In this document: in pieces, positions 9,011 to 16,516 of the stretch
Numbering within the stretch: the stretch's first letter is position 1
Layout: the number at the start of each line of letters is the position of its first letter
NCBI GenBank assembly: GCA_002421785.1
Contig: DIRZ01000002.1
Location: forward strand, 369,146-401,145
DNA: 32,000 bases
Source of the DNA: Candidatus Saccharimonadota bacterium
GTDB lineage: Bacteria > Patescibacteriota > Saccharimonadia > Saccharimonadales > Saccharimonadaceae
Direction: 5' to 3'
The notes under the pieces: model-generated
The model's input: only the letters and a program-made list of their open reading frames with translations
What the model was told of the DNA's origin: nothing
Database searches by the model: none
Made by a program: the position numbers and the translations under genes

Positions 9011-9400
9011 ATGGACACAGAAGATATCAAACTATCAATCAAGCGAGTATTCACCGACCGACCATTCTTGTGGATGATTGCCGGTGTGGCGCTAGCGGGC
9101 GTTATCTACATGTTGTTGGTTGGATTCAATATTCGGCCCAGTGATGTTACGGTGTACATACGCTTTACGAGGTTTGGTGAGAATGGTTTCTACGGTTTCT
9201 CTAAGAGTCACTGGGCATATCACTTTACGTTTCTTATCTTTGGTCTCGTGGCTGCGGTGACGCATATTGCGCTAATGATTAAATTTCATAACCTGGGTCG
9301 ACGACAAACGGCATTGTTTGTAGGCTGGGCGGGGATTTTTATCCTCATTATATCGGCAGCCTATGCACTTGCCGTAATGAATCTCGGACGCATTTCATGA
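9011..9400 (+). CDS. Small integral membrane protein, unknown function
   Basis: The 129-aa product has 3-4 predicted TM helices. An ATGA overlap at 9397-9400 couples it to the downstream glycosyltransferase. Confidence 0.6.
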   Translation: MDTEDIKLSIKRVFTDRPFLWMIAGVALAGVIYMLLVGFNIRPSDVTVYIRFTRFGENGFYGFSKSHWAYHFTFLIFGLVAAVTHIALMIKFHNLGRRQTALFVGWAGIFILIISAAYALAVMNLGRIS

Positions 9401-11088
9401 CAAGCCTGGAGTTGCCCCTAGGGAAACGCACTAAACTCTATCGATTTTTTGAAATTATTCCTGCTGCTATCAGCTACGGCATGATTATTGTATTTATTAT
9501 CCTTTCAGTGCTGTGGCCACTCGCCGCGGCAGTGTATCTGTTATTGATCATTATTACCGTCTTTATTAAATCTATCGGAATTGCGTACCATACAATCCGT
9601 GGCCATAACAAGCTTATGAATGCCCAGCGTATTGACTGGCATGCGCGACTTATGGATTTAGAGCATCCAGCGGATGCCTATCGCCGGGTGCAGCAGGTTG
9701 TGTCGCCTGGGTTCGGGTACCGTGAGCACCAGGAGAACCTGCGTCTTATTAGCGCTGACCCAGAGAACCGTCCGAAGCCATCCGACCTTTATCATGCCGT
9801 TATTATTGCAGCCTACAACGAAGAATATGATGTTATCCAACCGACGCTTGAGTCTGTCCGCAATACAACGTACGACAACAAGCGGATTATTTTGTACATC
9901 GCCTATGAAGAGCGCGGAGGTGAAGGGATTCATGCGACAGTAAAGCGTCTTCAGGATGAATATAGTGATGTCTTCTACACCTTCCAGATTGTCCAGCATC
10001 CGAAGGATTTGCCAGATGAACTCGTGGGCAAGGGGCCGAACATAACCTATGCGGGGTATGAGCTGCAGAAGTGGTGCAAACGCCAGGGTATCGCCTATAA
10101 CAACGTCATAGTAACGACACTCGATAGCGATAATCGGCCGCATCCAACCTATTTTGACTATGTTGCGTATGAATACATTGCTCAGGATGATCGAAAACAC
10201 CTTTCGTATCAGCCGATCGCGCTTTACTTCGGAAACATATGGGATGCACCAGCACCTATGCGCGTAATCGCAACCGGTAACTCTTTTTGGACAATTATCA
10301 GCAGCATGCGCCCGCACACTTTGCGCAATTTCGCTGCTCACTCGCAACCGCTTGATGCGCTGGTCGAAATGGACTTTTGGAGTAAGCGCAGCATTGTCGA
10401 AGACGGTCACCAGTATTGGCGGAGTTATTTCTACTTCGCCGGTAAGTATAGCGTGCTGCCTATCCACGTACCCATCTACCAAGATGCAGTAATGGCGGAT
10501 ACGCTTAAAAAGACGTTGGTTACTCAGTTTAAGCAACTACGTCGATGGGGGTACGGAGTATCTGATATTCCGTATGTCGCAACTCGGCTTTTCACGCGTT
10601 CAAGGAATGTTCCTTTTTGGGAGGGCTTCGCTCGTTTCGCGCGCCTGGTGGATAGCCATGTCACGTTAGCAACAATGGCGATACTCATCACCTTTGGGGG
10701 GTGGATACCGCTGCTCATCAATCCGCATGCCTCGCAGGACATCGCTGCCCATAATCTTCCCGTCATCGTGAGCAGCATCCAGCAGGTGGCGCTTATAGGG
10801 TTATTCATTACCATTCTTCTCATGCTCAAAATGCTTCCACCTCGTCCGGCGCGCTATAAGCGGCACCGCACTATCTTTATGGTATTACAGTGGCTTCTCA
10901 TGCCGGTGACATCTGTATGTTACAACTCTGTGGCATCATTTAACGCGCAGACTCATCTGGCGCTCGGAAAGTATCTCGATAAGTTTGATGTGACTGATAA
11001 GGCGACGTTGGCTTCACAGCAGCGTGCTCGTCACGAGAAGCGCCAGGCGAAGCAAGCGAAGGGCGACCGCGGCGCTTCACGCTCGTGA
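9397..11088 (+). CDS. Processive family-2 glycosyltransferase (membrane-embedded polysaccharide synthase-like)
   Basis: The D,D,D,QxxRW signature is present: IIAAYNEE, TLDSD, VEDGHQYW and QLRRWGYG. TM helices flank the GT domain on both sides. Confidence 0.8.
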   Translation: MTSLELPLGKRTKLYRFFEIIPAAISYGMIIVFIILSVLWPLAAAVYLLLIIITVFIKSIGIAYHTIRGHNKLMNAQRIDWHARLMDLEHPADAYRRVQQVVSPGFGYREHQENLRLISADPENRPKPSDLYHAVIIAAYNEEYDVIQPTLESVRNTTYDNKRIILYIAYEERGGEGIHATVKRLQDEYSDVFYTFQIVQHPKDLPDELVGKGPNITYAGYELQKWCKRQGIAYNNVIVTTLDSDNRPHPTYFDYVAYEYIAQDDRKHLSYQPIALYFGNIWDAPAPMRVIATGNSFWTIISSMRPHTLRNFAAHSQPLDALVEMDFWSKRSIVEDGHQYWRSYFYFAGKYSVLPIHVPIYQDAVMADTLKKTLVTQFKQLRRWGYGVSDIPYVATRLFTRSRNVPFWEGFARFARLVDSHVTLATMAILITFGGWIPLLINPHASQDIAAHNLPVIVSSIQQVALIGLFITILLMLKMLPPRPARYKRHRTIFMVLQWLLMPVTSVCYNSVASFNAQTHLALGKYLDKFDVTDKATLASQQRARHEKRQAKQAKGDRGASRS

Positions 11089-11494
11089 GCAAATGATGCT
11101 GGAGAGCGTAGGCCATACCCGCGCTCTCATCGTAGCGACGAATAGTCTGGTAGGTAGTTTCTGCTACTTCTTGTGGAGTGACGGTAGTAGCCGGAGTAAG
11201 CGCCGAGATGACAGTCTGTGCAAGATCACCGGCGACTATGCTGCCCTGATCGGGGTCATGCTGGAATGACTTCCATATACTGATAGTGAGCCGACTCATG
11301 CTTAAGTTTGCGGAGTGGGCGCGTGTGTCGTTTTGGATGACCTTCGTGATGTTTCTGGCCACCTCGTCAGTAGTAAAACTGCGCTTACATGAGCCGCACT
11401 GACGGCGCCGCCAAACGCCAGAGCTTCCAGAGCGGGGTCTTGAGCTCGTTACGTCAGTTGATTTATGTCCGCAATATACGCATATCATAGCCAT
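10940..11494 (-). CDS. nrdR: NrdR-like transcriptional repressor (Zn ribbon + ATP-cone)
   Basis: The N-terminus is MAMICVYCGHKSTDVTSSRPRSGSSGVWRRRQCGSCKRSFTTDE, a CxxC...RRRxCxxCxxRFTTxE zinc ribbon. The 3' end overlaps the convergent GT2 gene by 149 nt, so the true C-terminus is uncertain. Confidence 0.75.
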   Translation of the reverse strand: MAMICVYCGHKSTDVTSSRPRSGSSGVWRRRQCGSCKRSFTTDEVARNITKVIQNDTRAHSANLSMSRLTISIWKSFQHDPDQGSIVAGDLAQTVISALTPATTVTPQEVAETTYQTIRRYDESAGMAYALQHHLLTSVKRRGRPSLASPGASRDEHAAVKPTSPYQSHQTYRDTFRAPDESAR

Positions 11495-11553
11495 ATATTG
11501 TCATATCGCTATTAAAAATGCTAGTGGATAAGCGAGTCGTATAAGTGGAAAAG

Positions 11554-11583
11554 CAAAAAAGCACCCCTCGAAAGAGGGGTGCT
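11554..11583 (-). terminator. Intrinsic terminator for the 37-aa gene
   Basis: On the minus strand the hairpin is AGCACCCCTC-tttc-GAGGGGTGCT, followed by TTTTTT. It begins 23 nt after the stop codon at 11606. Confidence 0.75.
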
Positions 11584-11605
11584 AGGTAGTAATCAAAGGG
11601 AGGGA

Positions 11606-11719
11606 TTAGACTGTGCGGTCTTTGGTCTGTTTCTTTGCTTCGCTCCAGGTCACATCATACTCAAATGAGAGATTGAAGGTATCGAGGGCTGATGGTTTGT
11701 GGCTAGTATTCGTAGTCAT
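11606..11719 (-). CDS. Small hydrophilic protein, 37 aa (MTTNTSHKPSALDTFNLSFEYDVTWSEAKKQTKDRTV), predicted leaderless
   Basis: This ORF is below the ORF-track size cutoff. It is bracketed by a near-consensus promoter whose predicted TSS coincides with the ATG, and by a strong intrinsic terminator. Confidence 0.55.
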   Translation of the reverse strand: MTTNTSHKPSALDTFNLSFEYDVTWSEAKKQTKDRTV

Positions 11720-11725
11720 ATAATC

Positions 11726-11754
11726 ATATTAGCACAAGCGATATAATTTGTCAA
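11726..11754 (-). promoter_or_regulatory. Sigma70-type promoter TTGACA-17 nt-TAATAT
   Basis: The minus strand reads cTTGACAaattatatcgcttgtgcTAATATgattatATG. The A of the ATG at 11719 is the 7th nt after the -10 box. Confidence 0.6.
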
Positions 11755-11898
11755 GTATCCGTGATGTATCGTTTATATCATGAGCGATATAAGCGGACGA
11801 TGATGTGTCTAGTAATCCGTGTGGAAAAGGTGCGGAAAGTGTGGGTAAGAAGGAATGAGCCAAATTAAAAACCAACCGCTCGGGTTGGATTCTAATCT

Positions 11899-11975
11899 TG
11901 GTGGGCGATATAGGATTCGAACCTATCACCTCCACAACGTCAATGTGGCGCTCTAGCCAAATGAGCTAATCGCCC
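11899..11975 (-). tRNA. tRNA-Val (anticodon GAC), CCA encoded
   Basis: The reverse complement is GGGCGATtaGCTCatttggctaGAGCgCCACAttGACgtTGTGGaggtgATAGGTTCGAATCCTATATCGCCCACCA, which folds as a cloverleaf. Confidence 0.9.
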
Positions 11976-12013
11976 TCACTTAGCATTGATTATCATATCA
12001 AAACAGGGGCGGT

Positions 12014-12043
12014 ATTGCAATAACAGGGGTTAATGGGGTAGAA
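12014..12043 (+). promoter_or_regulatory. Candidate promoter of the thrS leader (TTGCAA-18 nt-TAGAAT)
   Basis: The hexamers lie at 12014-12019 and 12038-12043. The predicted TSS is near 12050. Confidence 0.45.
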
Positions 12044-12049
12044 TGAAGG

Positions 12050-12240
12050 TGAACAGCGACGGAGCCTAACCATCTCTCGAGTTCCGCGGGGTATTGTCAC
12101 GTGCGTAACGTAACACTATAAGTGCTTGGGAATCCCAAGAAGTCCGGTGGAACCGCCCCGTCTATAGCATACAAAGGGGTCCGAGACATGCGATTACTAG
12201 ATTTTAATACAGAGAATCTATAGATCGCATGTTTTTATTT
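12050..12240 (+). promoter_or_regulatory. T-box riboswitch-like leader of thrS with an intrinsic terminator
   Basis: - The T-box consensus AAGUCCGGUGGAACCGCCCC lies at 12139-12158.
- An antiterminator can be drawn: GUCCGG/CCG(A)GAC and GCCCC/GGGGU helices flank the 7-nt bulge UGGAACC.
- A Stem III-like hairpin CTTGGG-aat-CCCAAG lies at 12124-12138.
- A terminator hairpin at 12186-12230 is followed by TTTTTATTT.
- A short 5' hairpin (12056-12087) has ACC-A in its loop. Confidence 0.7.
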
Positions 12241-12259
12241 GTACGAAAGGAGTACATAT

Positions 12260-14071
12260 ATGAATGAAGATCAACTTTATGCAATGCGTCACAGTCTTGC
12301 GCACATTACTGCGCAGGCCGTACAGCGTTTATGGCCAGGTGCTAAGTTTGGCGTGGGGCCTGTCGTTGAGAACGGCTTCTATTACGATATTGACGTAGAG
12401 GGCGTCAAAATTAGTGAAGACGATTTTAAAAAAATCGAAAAAGAAATGCGTAAAGTCATTGCTGCGGATTATTCGTTCGACCGGAGCGAAAAGCCAGTTG
12501 ACGAAGCGATTGGGTGGGCGCAACAACAGGGTCAGCCGTATAAGGAAGAGCTGCTAAATGACTTGCGCAGAGCAGGAACGACAATAGCCAAAGATCTGGA
12601 TGTGTCGGAATTAGGCTTGGCTACAGATGGTGATGCCGCCATCGAAAATGTGTCATTTTATACGGACGGTGATTTCACTGATTTGTGTCGTGGTCCGCAC
12701 GCAGACAGCACGGGTAAAGTAGGCGCGTTTAAGTTGATGCGTGTCGCCGGAGCCTATTGGCGCGGCAGGGAAACTAATCCTCAGATGCAGCGACTGTACG
12801 GTGTCGCATTCGCTACCCAGCAAGAACTAGACGCTCACTTAATGATGCTTGAAGAGGCGAAAAAGCGCGATCATCGCAAACTCGGCAAGGAGCTCGACCT
12901 TTACACTACCTCACCACTCGTGGGGGTGGGGCTTCCGATGTTCACGCCTCGTGGGACGATTCTCCGCGATAAAGCAGCTCAGTTGTCTAATCAACTGCGC
13001 GAAGTGCATGGATTCGCAAAGGTTTGGACGCCGCACATTACAAAAAAAGATCTGTACGAAGCATCGGGGCACTGGGCAAAGTTTGGCGATGAGCTGTTCT
13101 TAGTGACGAGCCAGGAAACGAGCGATAAAATGGCTCTCAAACCTATGAACTGCCCACACCATGCTCAGATATTTGCTAGTCGACCGCGCAGCTATAGGGA
13201 TATGCCGCTCCGATTCCTGGAAACAACCACCGACTACCGCGACGAAAAAACTGGTGAACTGGGCGGGCTTAACCGAGTTCGATCGCTCACTCAGGACGAT
13301 AGCCACGTATTTTGTCGCTCTGATCAGATTGAGCAGGAAGTGCATGGTTTGATGGATAGTGCCCGTGAATTATACGCGACGCTCGGTATGAAATTACGCG
13401 TACGCTTGAGCTACCGTGATGACAGCGAGGCGTATTTGGGTGATCGATCACTTTGGGAGTCGGCGCAGGCACAGCTGAAGGCGGCGGTTGTCGCCAATGG
13501 TCTCGATTTTTTTGAGGAAGACGGCGAGGCTGCGTTTTATGGCCCCAAAATCGACTTCATGGCAACAGACGCAATTGGGCGCGAACACCAGCTCGCGACT
13601 GTCCAGCTCGACTTTGTCCAGCCACAACGCTTTGGGCTTGAGTATACGGACGAAGAAGGAAGTTCTCGACAACCTATCATGGTCCACTCCGCATTGCTCG
13701 GGTCAATTGAGCGATTCCTGAGCGTTTACATCGAACACACCGGCGGCTGGTTTCCGCTTTGGATTGCTCCAGAGCAAGTCAGGATTCTGACAATTAATGA
13801 CCAAGTAATGGAGTATGTGTCTGAAGTTCAGCAAGTACTCAATCAGGTTGTCCTTATGCAGCCGGTAAAATACAACGAGTTACGCTATACGGTTGATGAC
13901 CGTAACGAAAGCCTTGGAAAGAAGATTCGTGAAGCCACAAGCTGGAAGGTGCCCGTCCAGTTGATTATTGGTCCGAAAGATGCTGAGTCGCGCGAGGTGA
14001 GCGTCCGTATGCAATCGGGTGAGGAGAAAGTCGCGCTGGCAGATTTGCGAGCGTATCTCGAGTCAAAATAA
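12260..14071 (+). CDS. thrS: Threonyl-tRNA synthetase lacking the N-terminal TGS domain
   Basis: It contains RHSLAHITAQAVQRLWPG...GFYYDIDV (editing domain HxxxH), CRGPH, AYWRG, KRDHRKLG, MNCPHH and class II motifs. The ATG at 12260 has an AAAGGAG Shine-Dalgarno. The protein aligns from about residue 64 of E. coli ThrRS. Confidence 0.95.
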   Translation: MNEDQLYAMRHSLAHITAQAVQRLWPGAKFGVGPVVENGFYYDIDVEGVKISEDDFKKIEKEMRKVIAADYSFDRSEKPVDEAIGWAQQQGQPYKEELLNDLRRAGTTIAKDLDVSELGLATDGDAAIENVSFYTDGDFTDLCRGPHADSTGKVGAFKLMRVAGAYWRGRETNPQMQRLYGVAFATQQELDAHLMMLEEAKKRDHRKLGKELDLYTTSPLVGVGLPMFTPRGTILRDKAAQLSNQLREVHGFAKVWTPHITKKDLYEASGHWAKFGDELFLVTSQETSDKMALKPMNCPHHAQIFASRPRSYRDMPLRFLETTTDYRDEKTGELGGLNRVRSLTQDDSHVFCRSDQIEQEVHGLMDSARELYATLGMKLRVRLSYRDDSEAYLGDRSLWESAQAQLKAAVVANGLDFFEEDGEAAFYGPKIDFMATDAIGREHQLATVQLDFVQPQRFGLEYTDEEGSSRQPIMVHSALLGSIERFLSVYIEHTGGWFPLWIAPEQVRILTINDQVMEYVSEVQQVLNQVVLMQPVKYNELRYTVDDRNESLGKKIREATSWKVPVQLIIGPKDAESREVSVRMQSGEEKVALADLRAYLESK

Positions 14072-14697
14072 TGCCAGAGAATCTTCGAAAGCTGACAATC
14101 GCCATTGACTGTGATGATGTGATCGTACCAACGTCCAGCGTACTGCTGAATGCTTATAATAGGCGCCATGGAACAAAGATAGGCTTAGAATCGTTTTATA
14201 GTGATTCGCTTTGGGGAGCTGACACGCCCGAAAAGGGAACTCGGCGCGTCGACCAGCTCCTCAAAGAGGGCATCACTGCGAAAGTTTTCCCCACGCCTGA
14301 AGCAGTGGAGTATATTCATCGTTTGAGCCAGGACGGCCATGAACTTCATATCGTCACTGGTCGACAGAGCTATCAAGAAGCCGAGACGCATCGTATGCTC
14401 GCTGAGCATTTTCCGAATGTATTTGCTTCTGTTGAACATACAAATATGTATGCATCGGGCCACGCAGCAGCATTGAGGCGGAGCAAAGGAGCGGTATGCC
14501 GCATGCTTGGGGCAGATGTGCTGGTGGATGATCACGTTTTCCATGGCAGGGAAGTCCTTCGTCATGGTGTGGAAAATGTCGTTATTTTCGGTGATTATCC
14601 GTGGAATATCTCTGAATCGTTAGAGGCGGGGATGGCGCGATGTGCATCGTGGGCGTCCACCTACCTGGAGGTTATGCGAATTGCAAAAAGTTCATAA
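14071..14697 (+). CDS. HAD-superfamily hydrolase, 5'(3')-deoxyribonucleotidase-like
   Basis: The N-terminus has IAIDCDDVIV (the DxDxV nucleophile motif). The later VLVDDH region is consistent with HAD motif IV. A TAATG overlap links it to the thrS stop. Confidence 0.6.
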   Translation: MPENLRKLTIAIDCDDVIVPTSSVLLNAYNRRHGTKIGLESFYSDSLWGADTPEKGTRRVDQLLKEGITAKVFPTPEAVEYIHRLSQDGHELHIVTGRQSYQEAETHRMLAEHFPNVFASVEHTNMYASGHAAALRRSKGAVCRMLGADVLVDDHVFHGREVLRHGVENVVIFGDYPWNISESLEAGMARCASWASTYLEVMRIAKSS

Positions 14698-14989
14698 TCT
14701 ACGGGAGGCGGTATATGCGCTTATGGCGCAACTTCCTCGGGGGTGCGTAACGACCTATGGGGATTTGGCTGCGATGGCTGGTAGTCCAGGCGCAGCGCGC
14801 GTGGTTGGGGGTATCGCACACTACGGTCACGAAGAGCTACCATGGCATAGGCTTGTGAATTCGCACGGAGGTCTGGCATCGGGGTATCCTGGTGGTCCAG
14901 ATGTACAGCGTCAATTGCTAGAGCACGATGGCATCCGCTGTACTAATTTGTATGTCAATAACTTTGAAACGATACGGTGGCGACCATGA
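14681..14989 (+). CDS. Alkyltransferase-like protein (MGMT DNA-binding domain, PWHR instead of PCHR)
   Basis: It contains VTTYGDLAAMAGSPGAARVVGGIA...LPWHRLVNSHGGL. The active-site Cys is replaced by Trp (codons cca tgg cat agg). The start is proposed at the TTG at 14681, 9 nt after GGAGG. The GTG at 14642 is the alternative. Confidence 0.75.
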   Translation: MQKVHNLREAVYALMAQLPRGCVTTYGDLAAMAGSPGAARVVGGIAHYGHEELPWHRLVNSHGGLASGYPGGPDVQRQLLEHDGIRCTNLYVNNFETIRWRP

Positions 14990-15873
14990 CGAGAAAGTCA
15001 CAATTACCGCTTATTGTTATTGTCGGTCCAACAGCAAGCGGGAAGACTGGCCTTGCAATTCGACTCGCACGTGAGTTTGGTGGTGAAATTATTTCAGCAG
15101 ATTCACGAGCAGTGTACTCAGGTCTTGATATCGGCACGGCTAAGCCCACGAAGGAAGAACAGCAGTTAGCGCCACACTGGGGCATTGATATTGCTCTCCC
15201 CTCGGAACGATTCACCGCGGCAGATTTCAAGCACTATGCAGTGCAGAAGATTGCAGAAATTCGCAGCCGGGGCCACATACCATTGCTAGTAGGCGGTACG
15301 GGGCTTTATGTAGATAGCGTGGTGTATGATTATGAATTTCCGGACACAAATCAGGAGCTTTCGGAGCGCAATTCGCTTGATGCTATGAATCTAGACGAAC
15401 TTTACGATTATTGTATGAAAAACAACATAAATTTGCCCGAGAACTATAAGAATAAACGCTATGTGATTAATACAATACTTCGAAAAGGACAAGCATTAAG
15501 GAGGCGGACGCAGCCGGTAGAAAATTGCTTTATTGTAGGAATCGCAACAGACAAAACGACTTTACGTACGAGAATAGAGAATCGCGCCGAAGATATCTTT
15601 AGCCAAAAAGTCATTGACGAGGCCGAAGATGCGGCCCGTACGCATGGATGGGACAATGAAGCGATGACGGGAAATATCTACCCATTACTGAGGCGTCACA
15701 TGGCGGGCGAACTTAGCATTGACGATGCGAAGCGGGCATTTATTACACTCGATTGGCACCTGGCAAAACGTCAGATGACTTGGTTAAAGCGCTCCGAACA
15801 CATTAGATGGCTGCCACTCGATGACGCGTACACCTATTGTGCTCGCGTACTCGCAAATCTGAATAACTCGTGA
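14977..15873 (+). CDS. miaA: tRNA dimethylallyltransferase
   Basis: It contains IVIVGPTASGKTGLAIRLAREFGGEIISADSRAVYSGLDIGTAKPT (P-loop plus the IPPT signature). Confidence 0.9.
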   Translation: MATMTRKSQLPLIVIVGPTASGKTGLAIRLAREFGGEIISADSRAVYSGLDIGTAKPTKEEQQLAPHWGIDIALPSERFTAADFKHYAVQKIAEIRSRGHIPLLVGGTGLYVDSVVYDYEFPDTNQELSERNSLDAMNLDELYDYCMKNNINLPENYKNKRYVINTILRKGQALRRRTQPVENCFIVGIATDKTTLRTRIENRAEDIFSQKVIDEAEDAARTHGWDNEAMTGNIYPLLRRHMAGELSIDDAKRAFITLDWHLAKRQMTWLKRSEHIRWLPLDDAYTYCARVLANLNNS

Positions 15874-15879
15874 TACTAT

Positions 15880-16497
15880 ATGAGTAATGAACAAAGCAGG
15901 GGAAGTATGATTGACGCATTATTTGGTTCAAAGACACGAGTGAAACTTCTTCATCTTTTTTTGAATAATCCTGGCAAGGCATTTTATGTGCGAGAGATTA
16001 CTCGATTAATTGATGAACAGATTAATTCCGTGCGTCGCGAGCTTGCGAATATGCTCGAGGTGGGTGTCATCACAAGCGATAGTGCTGACAATAAGTTGTA
16101 CTATGAAGTGAATCAGCGCTACGAACATTATGCTCCTTTTCGCGCGATGTTCGGTGATGCAAAACAAGCTGGCACTCCTCACCAGCCCAAAACAACCGTT
16201 CCCGAGTGGCACAAAGTAATAAGTAAATTGTCCGGCATACGGGTGGCGGTGGCTGCTGGAATACTTGTAAAGGGTTCTGCTAGCCAGGTTGATCTATTGC
16301 TGGTCGGTGATTTATCGGCTGCAAAAGTCAAAGCACTTACAAGTGCGATCGAAAAAGGAGAGGGTCGAGAGCTCAGTTATAGCGTTCTCTCTTATGATGA
16401 ATTTTATTATCGTTTGAGTGTACGAGATAAATTTATTACGGCGGTCCTGACAAATAAACACGACGTCATCGTCGATACTGATAACATTCTGAAATGA
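15880..16497 (+). CDS. Winged helix-turn-helix (ArsR-like) DNA-binding protein with an uncharacterised C-terminal domain
   Basis: The N-terminus is FGSKTRVKLLHLFLNNPGKAFYVREITRLIDEQINSVRRELANMLEVGVI, which is typical of a wHTH. Confidence 0.6.
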   Translation: MSNEQSRGSMIDALFGSKTRVKLLHLFLNNPGKAFYVREITRLIDEQINSVRRELANMLEVGVITSDSADNKLYYEVNQRYEHYAPFRAMFGDAKQAGTPHQPKTTVPEWHKVISKLSGIRVAVAAGILVKGSASQVDLLLVGDLSAAKVKALTSAIEKGEGRELSYSVLSYDEFYYRLSVRDKFITAVLTNKHDVIVDTDNILK

Positions 16498-16516
16498 CAA
16501 TGATAAAGGAGATAAT

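Noticed and set aside
9658-10536. 292-aa ORF antisense to the GT2 gene
   Set aside because: The sense frame carries the full D,D,D,QxxRW glycosyltransferase signature. The antisense product has no recognisable motif and an Arg/Ile/Leu-rich composition typical of shadow ORFs.
11521-11550. Two DnaA-box-like 9-mers (AGTGGATAA, AAGTGGAAA), with gyrB elsewhere in the window
   Set aside because: There are only two imperfect boxes. There is no AT-rich unwinding element, no dnaA/dnaN nearby and gyrB is 19 kb away. This is insufficient for an oriC call.
11729-11935. 68-aa minus-strand ORF
   Set aside because: Its N-terminal part is the tRNA-Val gene itself, and the rest covers a promoter region.
12239-12259. 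TTG start for thrS given in the ORF track
   Set aside because: It lies inside the T-box terminator U-tract. The ATG at 12260 has a well-spaced AAAGGAG SD.
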